64,000 nt of DNA from Vicugna vicugna (lineage: Eukaryota): positions 374,001 through 438,000 of the forward strand of contig MU058037.1 in NCBI GenBank assembly GCA_013265495.1. The letters run 5' to 3'. This document shows positions 41,330 through 52,553 of the stretch, piece after piece. Numbering within the stretch: the stretch's first letter is position 1; every line of letters starts with the position of its first letter. The position numbers and the translations under genes were made by a program. The notes under the pieces were generated by a model. It was not told the DNA's origin, made no database searches, and saw nothing but the letters and a program-made list of their open reading frames with translations.

Positions 41330-41689
41330 GGTAAGCTTTTGCTGTATCACAAAGCCATCCCAAATCATGTGATTTAGAACAACCACCATCTGCCAGGCAA
41401 TTCATCTGTTCTGGGTCAGGCTCAGTGTATCTCTTGGGCCTTCATCATATGTCTGCCATGTCTGACTGGAGATGGGGGCCAAGTGGGAAGAGAAGTAGGT
41501 TCAGTGTTGCTCTTAATCCTACAGATTTCTGCTTGTGTTAGGTTTCTATCCCATTGGCCAGGATTCAGAGAACCAGCCCATGTTCTGAATTCCACCTCAT
41601 GATGGGTAGAGTTACAAAGACACTTTTATTGCAAGAGTGTAGTGTCGAGGAGGGAAATATTTGTGGCCATTTTTGCAGTCTACCCCAGT
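41330..41689. mobile_element. MLT1-type LTR
   Basis: gcttttgctgtatcacaaagccatcccaaa...cccattggcca...tttgtggccatttttgcagtctacc. Confidence 0.6.
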
Positions 41690-44600
41690 TCTTTGTTCTT
41701 CCTTGTCTAATTGGCTGATCTGTCTTTTACTGAGCCACATGCCTATTTCTAGAGCAGCCAGTGAACTGTCTTCTCCACCTGAATATTATCTAGTGCTAAC
41801 TTTTTTTATCATTCTCTGGAAGGTCATATCTCTCCATAAAACTTCTGGACATCACCAATTGCTCTGATATTTTTTTTTACCTTGCCTTTTTTGTAGATTA
41901 ATTTTGAGACATGTAAGATATTTTAAATCCAGATAGCTGTCACTTCTAGGTGACTCTGACATATGTTTTTCTTCATAATTTTCATGAGTGGAATGAGCTA
42001 ATGCTATTTCTGTCTACTGCAGAAACGTTTTATCATTGTGGCATTTTAAAGCCAACATCTGGTGTACCTGCTGAACAGTTTAGTCACTCTGTTTTTCTTT
42101 TCAATAGGTTTTTCTCTTGCCATTTGGAGAGTCTTTTTCAATTCACTGTTGGCCTACTCTTTTTTTTTTCCCTGTGGTACAGAGTTTCTTGTGCCACATT
42201 TATAGGAGCATTTTCCATCACATACATACATACTAAAACACAGACCCTAGAATACACATACACACATTCTAAAAAACACACACAAGCAAACTTTTTTGTA
42301 GCATGTGTCATTCATGTCCCTCAGCATTTCATACAACTCGAAAGCAACCACATTTAATAGTCTGCGAATTCTCTCTGGCCTCCAGATCTTATTTGCCCAC
42401 CTGTATCAGGTCATAAAAAGTGTCATGAAATTACTCACTTCCAGCCCCTAGCCCTCACCCAGTGACCAAAGGGAGTTGTATAAATCCCCCACCTCCTTCA
42501 CCTCTGGGTTGGGGGTGATAATTCTGAGTTGCCCGTCCTATACTAACTCCCAGATTTTTCCAGAAGGCTCAAGCGCCACTGTCTTACAGCGTAAACCCAC
42601 TCATTCCTGTACTCTTCATTGGCTTCCCTCCTTCCCTGCTCACTTCTGTTTCCCTCCCCAATTAACTACCTGCCCTCATATCCTTATCTCAGGTTCTGTT
42701 TCTGGGAGAGCTCAAATTTAGAAGGATGTACATATCTTTCTAATGTTTATAGTAATATTTAGTCCTAAATATTTCTTTACTTACTGTTACACCACATTTT
42801 CTTTCCTGGGAACCCGAATCTCAGAAAGACCAAATTTTGCCAGATAGATTGCTGCTTCTCTGACAGTTCCTATTCTTGCCTCCAAGTATGTAGGTGGTGA
42901 GGCGGGGAGGCAGAGGGTAGGTGTGTTTGTGAGCATGTGTGTGTGTTTGAGGGGATGAGAAATGGTGAGTGTGTGTGTGTGTGTTTGCATATGTCATGTG
43001 CCAATAATACGGTGAAGGGAAATGATGGCAGCTCCTATTTTAAAAGGATGTGAAAATTCAAATGTTATCTATTGTATTCACTGTTGCCGTTAATCTTTAG
43101 AGTGGAAGGGTGATGTGACTACGTTTTAATGCTTTTAACTTGTTGGGTGCTATGGACAATTGATAGTGAAAAGGGACGCACAGTAACAAGAGATCTTGTT
43201 TGTATTATTAAATTATAAGTCAAAGCATCTGTAACAACAAGTTGAGGTTTTCCCTGTAATATCGCTAAGTGTTGTCAGTGTCACTAGGTAAGGACAGAGA
43301 AAATTGCTTTGTTTTCTGTGCTTTCCTGTAGGGAAGCAGGATTATGGACTCAAGTCTGCTCAGACAAGTGTTTCTGGAGTACATGTATATGAGGGGGTTG
43401 GAGCTGAAGTAGGTAGGTGGAGAGCATATATGCCCCACGAAAAGAAGTCATCTTACTCTCATGTTCAAATGCTTGTTGCATTGCCTGCTACTCCCCTCAG
43501 CCCCCCATATCCAGTGATGGTTTACTTTGTGTGTTGCTATTTTCCCCTAGCATCTGGGGAGGGAGGAGTTGCTTTTATCTTTGTACAGGCAACTACAGAA
43601 GACTGGAAGACATATGGAATAGAGAAGTATTAGCATAGTATGATCATACAGATCACTGCATACACTAGAATATCATCACCCCAACCTGTATGATTGGTAG
43701 TAATTATACAAACTGTCTTTCTGACAGTTGGTGGTATTTAGAATTTTAAGTAAATAATCAATATCAGAATTTTTGTCAAAGCATGCTATTTTTTTCAATG
43801 GTTATAGTTTAAGAATAAGACGAAAGATCAATGGAAGAGAAGCCTAGAATAAATTATTGTCTGATAATTCAGAACATGGTCCTGGGAAATACCCCAGCTC
43901 TGTACTCAACCCTTTGATGGAGCTTCTGTTTGTACATCAGCCTTTTTAATGGACAGTGGTGCCAAATCTGATTGGTTGGTGAAACTCAGAGATGGAAAAC
44001 GAAAATGAGGTCATTGGGGTGGAGGTAGATTGTATGGCTTGGGGAAAACCCTGGGAAGCAGCAAATTCTGCCAAGCCTTATCAGCAGGCCTCAATACCAA
44101 GCAGCCAGCTGGTCCAGAGAGGCCTGTCTTGGATTTATAGTGCTGTGGACCAGCAGCTCAAATTTCAAAATAATAACATGGCATTTGTCTGCCAGCAGCT
44201 GCCAAAACTTTATAGATTCCATCTAATCTCTGTCACTTCAACTAGAAGGTGACTGGAGAGGAAGTGGCAGAAATGATTCCAACATAAATTGTGAGCTTTG
44301 TGCTTATCCTTGCCAATGGGTTATGCTGCTCACACATCTATTGTGGCCTAAATTCAAAACATATCCAGTGTCAATATTGGATGTTTGGTTAAAATCACTA
44401 CTATTGGAAGAACTATCAGAAAATCGAAAACTCAGGACCTCTGTTTATTATCACTTTAAATATGTGAGTGACAGCCTTACAGTTAAACTCATGAGAAAAT
44501 GTTTTCTCTGTTTTCAAGAGATTTATCTCTTTATAGAGACACATCTACAGCAGTGACCTGCTCTACCCTTCAGGTAGTCAGCGGCATTAATTTCTCACTT

Positions 44601-44859
44601 ACTAGTAGGCCCCTATATTTTAATATTCTGAGGGCACTTCCTATCTGTTGGGAAGAAATAACCTGGAAATTAAGCCCAGTGTTGTATGTCAATGGCACTC
44701 TTCTGTGAGGCCTCTTGGGACTTTAGTAGAACATGTATTTGTAGAAGGAAAGAGAAATCAGGAACCTTGTGGACCTGGGCCTGAGCCTAGGGAACTGATG
44801 GTTCCTAAAAGGCGTACCCCCAAGGGAGTTAACATCAGCCCTATCCACAATGCCTCAGA

Positions 44860-45095
44860 ATGGCTCAGCATAGTAGGGGTTAGAAGCTTAGAGCATGACA
44901 GGGGACTTCAGCAAAACTGGATCCCAAACTTGGTTACTCTCCTTATGAGCTGTCACCTTAAGTCTTTTAAGTCTTATTTCCTCCTCTGTAAAGTGGGATA
45001 ATTGGAGTACTGTCCTTATAGGGTAAGGATTAAATGAGGTAGTTTATAATCCAGTACCTGGGTATGAATAAATGTCTGTTAAATATCTTTCTTAT
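44860..45095. mobile_element. MIR SINE
   Basis: gctgtcaccttaagt...tttcctcctctgtaaagtgggataat...ggattaaatgag. Confidence 0.65.
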
Positions 45096-45984
45096 TCTTG
45101 CCAATACTGATATCCCAATATATGCAGTCTGTTAGATGGGGCACGGGAGCAGGGTACACAGGCAATGTTTGGTACTTAGAGTCACCCAAATATAGGATGA
45201 GATGGTTAATTAGGATAGGATCCAGGAACCTTGCAAGAGGTTGTGATGGATGTAGAGGAAGGCATGTGGCAAGTATCTATTTCTGTAGGGAAGAAGGATG
45301 TACTTAGGCTTCTTGAAAAGTATTAGGGCTCTGGTGCAGTGGGCTGACATTTTGAGAAGTGCTTAATGCCAATATTGTAGTAAGGTAAAAACTCAACCCT
45401 ACAAGATGAACTAACAGCGAGAGTGAGGGCAAGGTATTGGGTAACCACGGCTCACCTTATGCATATCTGCTGCAGGGTCTACAATAAGATTAACTTCAAA
45501 TCCAAATTGTGGGATGGATGTTCCTGCCACAGTTGGAGTCTGTTGGAGACCTGGTTGGGGGACAGGTTTTCAGGAGAAAAACATCAGTGAGGACTGGTAA
45601 AGACAAGTACCTAACTTCTGGCCAAGTTTTAGGCTCAGGCCTACACTCTCATCGATGTTTCTGTTATCTGACTTTACTTTACCTAAGCTCTTTCCTTGGA
45701 CAGCAAGCCTTGTCAGCCTTTTCCTGTGCCTGAGTTGGGTTTCCAGTTCCCAAACTCTTGAATACCCAGCTTCCTCATTTTCTGTGTTAGATCTGGATTT
45801 TATGACTGTGAGCTCACTGAGAGCTCCTTAGGGACGGGGAAACATCTTCCTAATCTTTGAATCTGGAGCCTAGACTCTTTGCCAGATATCATAGAAGTTC
45901 AGCAAATATCCTTTCGGTGAAGGAATAACTAAATCTCCCAGGATCTGGCCCAACAAATCTTCACCCTCTTCTTCCTTATGTCTT

Positions 45985-46230
45985 TTTTTTTTTTTAACTG
46001 AAGTATAGTCAGTTTACAATGTTGCGTCAGTTTCTGGTATACAGCATGATGCTTCCATTTAAAATATTAATTTAATTTAATTAACTTTTTTAATTTTGGG
46101 AGGGAGGTAATTAGGTTTTAATTAATTGATTAATTAATTGATTAATTAATTATAATGGAAGTACTGGGTATTGAACCCAGGACCTTGTGCATGCTAGGCA
46201 CACACTCTACCCCTGAGCTATACCCTCCCC
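45985..46230 (-). mobile_element. vic-1-type SINE fused to an L1 3' terminus, inside one 14-bp TSD
   Basis: Minus strand: GGGGAGGGTATAGCTCAGGGGTAGAG...GGTTCAATACCCAGTACTTCCA, AT-rich linker, then GGAAGCATCATGCTGTATACCAGAAACTGACGCAACATTGTAAACTGACTATACTTCAGTT(A)n. Perfect TSD cttccttatgtctt at 45971-45984 and 46231-46244. Confidence 0.88.
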
Positions 46231-49200
46231 CTTCCTTATGTCTTAATATGGCTATGTATATAACTGTAGATGGTTATTTAAAGAGAGATCATGTGTAAAA
46301 GTAATAAACAAATAAGAATCCAAAATTAAAATAAAACACAAATAACAAAGCCTTACGCATCATATCTTGGCAAACTTCTAAGAAGATGTTCCAGTAGCCC
46401 TTGTGATTTATTCAGTGGTGACTAATTTTAGCTTATTAGGAAGGTGAAATAAATTTAACATTTTTTTTTTACAAATGTGACATTTTTTGTGACATTTCTT
46501 AAATCCCTCATGTACTAAATGTTTTTTTTCCCATTATCTAACCGCCTGAGGAGGCAAAAGGCAACATAAGTCAGTCCTATCACCATCTGTGCTCTAGAGG
46601 CTTCCTTAGTTCTTTCTCTTGTTTTCTCTTGGATGTGTCAAGTCCTTACTAAAAAAGAGATCACGAAGTGTCCAGAATGCCTTTTGGAAACTCTAGGGGA
46701 AACAGGAAATGCTCTTATTTTGAAACCTACACATTCTTTTCCATTTCTTTATTTAATTCTAGTATTTCTTTATTTAATTGTAGTATTAAATAAAGAAATG
46801 GTCTCGACGTGAATTAACCAGTGTGCTCGAGAATTCTTCATAAAGTGGTGTCACAGGTGCTGTTGGTGCCAGGACCATATTTTCCCCCAGCACTCGACAT
46901 GCCAGAGGGCTCTCACACAAGCGATTGTATCTCTCTACTTGAGAACTTTTTCTAGTTACAGGAGCAGGCTTGACCAGTGATAGGAGCAGACCAATAGTAA
47001 GTACCAGGAGTTAATGCTCCTAGGAATGGTCCTCCATAAATAATGAGTAGGGAGTTGGTACATATCCATAGTATTGCCAAGAAGTCCCCAGAGAAGTTCC
47101 TTCTTATGCCCAGTTGCCCACAGTGCATGCTGTAGCTACTTCTTTCCCATCCCTTCCTTAAATCCCCACTCACCTCTTGTGCTTTCTGGCCACCCAAATA
47201 AACTGGTTACCTTCAAATCTTTGGCTTAGGGTCTGTTTCTGGGGAAGTCAAACTAAGGCAGTGACTAGAAACAAACATGGACAGTCAATGTCATTTTCTA
47301 CTGAATATTAAGATGTACTCATGGGGGTAGAACCAGTGTTCCTGAGTCTTAGAAGTCAGGCGGAACCTGTAGGCATAGCAATTGGCTGATAAACTGGGAC
47401 AAGATACAGAAGGCCAGTGGGTCCCTAATACTAGTCCACATTTCTACAATTTAAATGAATGTCCTTTTGTCTGAGGTTATGTCTTTTATAAAATGATAGT
47501 CACAGTAGATGACATTTTTTCCTGTTTTAAAATAAAATCACTCAACGAATGATAGGCTGGCAACTATGTAATATACCCAGCAACCAGCAATTTTCCTTTT
47601 TTAAAACTGAACTTGTCTGTGAAAATCCAAAAGTTTTGGAGCACAGTTGTCATGGAAGATGCAAGGACAGAAAATTTATGGATACTTCCATGATTGCTGG
47701 TTACATATTTGTGAGAAAATCCATTACACCCTTTTGAGTAAAGCAAGGGTGTCTGTGACCTCAGAGGCTTCTTTTAAGACCCAACAATCTTTGACTTCTC
47801 TGGCTGCACAGCCTCTCGGACTGTAAATCTGCAAATCTTCTCTTTGGTGGCCTTTCATCTCTCCTTTTCATGTCTTTCTACTTCTCCAAGGCCTGTCTAA
47901 ACCTCAATCAGCTGTTTTTCCTAATAAATGTATCAGTTCTGAAGACATGAAGCATCTCTTAATCATCCTTTAATCTGTGATTTGGGGGAGGAGAGGTATT
48001 TATTTAATGTGGATTAATTAAGGCATTTTCAAGTGGTGTATCAGAGTCATTTGGTAGAGAGTGGCTGAGTTGGTTAAGAGCTGAGTGGGGCATGAGGCCC
48101 AAGGAGAGCTATTGCTCAGAAGTTGGTTCCAGAAGAAAAGTTAACTTGAGGCAGAAAAAAATCTGAGCATAAGCCTGTTGCTCTGGGAGATAAGAGGGAG
48201 GCAGACTACGTGGATTCAGGGAGGACCCCAAACAGAGGTGTTCTGAGGGTTGACCACTTGTACTCACATGGTTAATTGAGCTTCAGAAATCTAAAGCAAA
48301 GAGAGAACAGAAATATCTCTATAGACTTAAGTGAGCAGGTCACCCAGCTCTCTGGGGGTCTACCAGAGCATTAAACCGTTGCCTCCAACCTGGAAAGAGG
48401 AAAATCCTTGCTCTCCAAGAATGAAAGAGAAAGGGATGTCCAGATGGAAACCTGGCCTCAGGCTACTGGCTCAAAGAGGGGATTAAAAGGAGAGTCCTTG
48501 TCAACATGAGTAGAGAGGGAGGGACACAGAATGGTGGCTCAAAGGTCAGCTTTGAGTCAGTGAATTTGTCAGATACTCGAAGTCTTTTACCTTTTATTCT
48601 TTTCTGGTGTTGGTATTTCTACGAGCCCTTCAAACTTTTGTACTTTTATATTTTTAAGAGTAACAGATTTTAACTATTAAAAATTTGGTAAATATGGGTA
48701 AGCAAAATCAAGTAAACACATCATCAGTAATTGCATTTTTTTAGTTAATTATTTTTCCTGTTTTCTTCCCCTTTGATATTTGCATATGTTTTGGGGGGGT
48801 TATAACTGGTGTCATAAAATATATACATATATTTATTTATTCCATATGTACCCTGATTTGTTTCACTTAATTTTATGTTGTGAGCATTTCCCTAAATCAT
48901 TAGTTTTCAAAAACAGAATTTGTTAAATGATAAAATATCACTTCACTCAGCCAATTTTACTAATGTGTCTGGCATTTTGCTAGATGCTGAGGTTACAGAT
49001 GTAAACAGGACAGAACCAATTTCAGGTTTCTTGATGATTATGACATGAGGGCTCGATGTCATAAATATGATTGGAATTAGAGATTGTTCCCAGTGATGAC
49101 TCATTGATCATGGCTTCGTGCTTGAAGTAAGCATTGTTCGTGATTTCTATTTCTTTATAGAAACACTTGTGTGTACAGAGGGGCACATCAGAGATGTTGT

Positions 49201-49389
49201 CAGTCTTGTCTTGGCCTGTCCTTCTTTAACGCCTGTGTAAACTGGAATAACCCAAAGAGAGGCCATGCTAAGGGTCCAGGATTATTGTTTAAAAACAAAT
49301 GCCCTTTTGACACAAGGCTTCCTCAGTTCTTAATATTGCATGTGGGTTTGGGGTGGGGAGTCCTTACATGTGCCCTTCACATCTCTATG

Positions 49390-50025
49390 GTTGTGTAGAT
49401 AAATTTATTAAAATTTATTCATGTGATAATATTTTGTTGGAAGTACCTAAAGGCTTCTCAGACAAGTGCAAAAATAGAGCATTATCAGCACCTGAGAAGC
49501 CTTCATCGCACCAGACTCCAGACACTAGTCCCCCTACCCAGGTAATCATTTTCTGACTTTTAACAGCATAAGATAGAGTGTATCTTTTTTGAGCTTTATA
49601 GAGTTTGTTCTCTTTTGTATCTCGATTGTTTTGCCCAATATTATATTTGTGAGATTGATCCATATTCTTGAATGTAGTTCTGTTTTTTTTCATTCTCATT
49701 GCTGTGAATATTCCATTGTAATGAATATGTCACAGTTTTTTTTGCCCATTCTACTGTTGATGAACACTTAGGGTTATTTCCCCCTAGTGTTGAGCTTCTT
49801 AAGTATAATGCAATAAAAATGCTTGTAGAAGTCCTTTGACACACAATATGCATGCATTTCTGTTGAGTATATACTAGGAGCATAATTATTGAGTCATGAG
49901 GAATGAATATACTAAGCTTTGGTAGATATTGTTTTCAAAGTGATTTTACCAATTTACACTCCCACCAAACAAAGCATGAGAGTTCTGGTGGTTCCATGTC
50001 CTTGCCAATGGTTGATATTGAGAAT
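49390..50025 (-). mobile_element. L1M 3' end
   Basis: attccattgtaatgaatatgtcacagttt...ccattctactgttgatgaacactta...caatttacactcccacca. Confidence 0.75.
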
Positions 50026-50804
50026 ACAGCTTTTGTCTTTGTTTTTTTTTTTTTTAAATTACAGTGTTCGTAGAAAGTAATCAAGATTCAAATTTTAGGC
50101 AGTATCTTCAGAGAGCTTTAAATCTTTTTTTTTTGCTAGTAATGTTTAATCAGATGACATTAAACTAGGTACTTTATTAATATTCTATTCTTATCAAAGA
50201 TGCAAATAATTTATTTCAAAAATTAATAGTGTTTATGTGAGTTTGTCTTCTTCCCTTCCCTCTGAACAGAATTCAGGCACCAATGTTAGTTTTCCTTAAT
50301 ATTCACTTCACAAATACCTAAATAGTAACAAACACCTGCTGTCCCTCTTTACTCTTTGGAAAATGGTTCACCTAAGCTTTGCTAAGAAAGCACAATGACC
50401 AAAGACAATTGGGAAATAAATGTTAATGTCTCTGTCATTGATCTTTGCCCTGATAAACCTGTGACAGAAAATTACCAATTACATTAAGCTAGGTTCTAAA
50501 GGTACTTTTATGTTTCTCCTATGATATCTTTTTCTTTTTAACTCAGATTCTTGAAAAGATTTAAAGGACCAGTCTCTAGACCCAGCTAGAAATCCCTACC
50601 TAGGAGCTGGTAAGAAATCCAGAATTTGTCCTGAATGTACCTGAATCTGCATTTTAGCAGGATCCTCAGGAGATTGCTGTGCGTAACAAAGTTTGAGAAG
50701 CAGGGTTGGCACTCCATTTACTCCTTTTTTTTTTTAACTTTGGTAAAAAAACAAAAACAAAAAGCAACAAGACTCGGTCCTCATTTGTCTTCAACTAAAA
50801 TAGA

Positions 50805-51140
50805 TGCAGGAGTCAGTCAAACCTTTTGTGTAAAAGGCTGGATCCCAAATATTTGAGGCTTTGTGGGCCACATGGTCATTGCCATAGCTACTCAACTTTG
50901 TAGCATGAAATAAGCTGTGGACATATGTAGACAAATGGGCGTAGCTGTGTTCCAATAAAACTGTTTTTATGGACACAATTTGAACTTGATATATTTCTGG
51001 AGTTTCATGAACTATTCTTCTTTTAACTTTTTCCCAGTGATCTAACCATGTAAGAATCATTCTTAGCTCACGGGATGTACAAAAAGAGACAGTGTGCTGG
51101 GTTTGCCCTGCCTGTCACAGCTTGCTGACTTCTACTCCAG
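50805..51140. mobile_element. MER58B-type hAT element (a MER5-like fragment lies just upstream at ~50570-50710)
   Basis: caggagtcagtcaaacc...gctactcaactttg...ctgtgttccaataaaactg...aaccatgtaagaatcattcttagctcacggg. Confidence 0.7.
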
Positions 51141-51989
51141 GGTTTGAATTGCTGATAAGCCTGTTGAGGACAGAGACCATGTCTTGGTTTCACTGTTGGT
51201 TTTCTAACCGTGACACAGACTACACTCAAAAATTTTGGTGGAATGAAATACTCTTGCCATTTTTAAAATTACACATCATAGCAGAAATCCCAAGTTGAAA
51301 TTGAGGGCTTTATTTCTTTTATTCAGCATGTAGGTATCACATGCCTACTATGTCTGCATTGTGCAAAAAAAAGAATAATGTTTACTGGACCTGATGCCAG
51401 CTACTTGGGAGGGAAGCTCATTAACTTGTCATTCATCTTACACCACTAATGTCCTACATTCAGGACACTGAGTATTGGTATAGTAATTGCATGTGTCTGT
51501 GAATACCCACAGTTGTTATCTGTCAGGCATTCTGATAAGAATATTAGAAGCATAACTTAGCAGTGAAGTGGGAGATAAATATTTTCCTCTTTCCCATGAG
51601 CAACCATAGTACAGCTAACATTTCTTTAGATAATGCATAATAAATTATGCATAAATGCAGAATTATAAACAAGTCAAATCTCAGTTTGCAGCATGAGTTG
51701 ATGTAGTACATGCTGGTAACACTTGAATTTTCTTTTATCATTCTCGTTCTTAAAGTAAATAGTCATCAAATAAACATTTTAGACATTCACAGAAGGAAGA
51801 AGAAAATAACCAATAAAATTATTGCTAAGGTTACCAGTTTTGACATTTAATTGCATCTAGCCTCTCTTCAGCATCTCTGTCTACACTCAGAACACAACAA
51901 AACTGCAAACTTTAGAGTCCAATTTAATGGTATTATATCTTCTTTTTGTTACTTAATAGTAGTGTGACTTGCAGTAATTACTTAATATA

Positions 51990-52514
51990 TTTCATGCCCA
52001 TCAGCAAATATAATATTCCATTGTGTGTGTGCATATACATTTTCTTTATTTATTAATCCATCTATAGACATTTAGATGATTTGCATGTCTTGGCTATTGT
52101 AAAAAATGCTGCAATGAACATGGCATGCAGGTATGTCTTAAAGAGAGTGATTTCATTTCCTTTGCATGTATACCCAGAAGCGTATTGCTGGGTCATATGG
52201 TAGTTTTATACTTAATTTTTTTTTGAAGAATTGCCATACTGTTTTCCATAGTGGCTATACCAATTTACATTCCTACCAGCAGTGTGCAAGGGTTCCCCTT
52301 TTTCCACATCCTCACCAACACTATTTACCTCTTGTCTTTGATAACAGTCTAACAGGTGTGACCTGATATTTCATTATGGTTTTGATTTGCATTTCCTTGA
52401 TGATTAGTGATGTTGTGCACATTTTCACATACCTGGTAGCCATTTGTATATTTTCTTTGGAAACTCTATTCAAGCAAGTCTTTACTAATTTTAAAATCAG
52501 AGTATTTGGGTGTT

Positions 52515-52553
<39 letters not shown>

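Noticed and set aside
46155..46230. tRNA-like sequences here and at 21937-22013
   Set aside because: They have SINE linkers/tails (and a TSD at this copy); they are tRNA-derived SINE heads, not tRNA genes.
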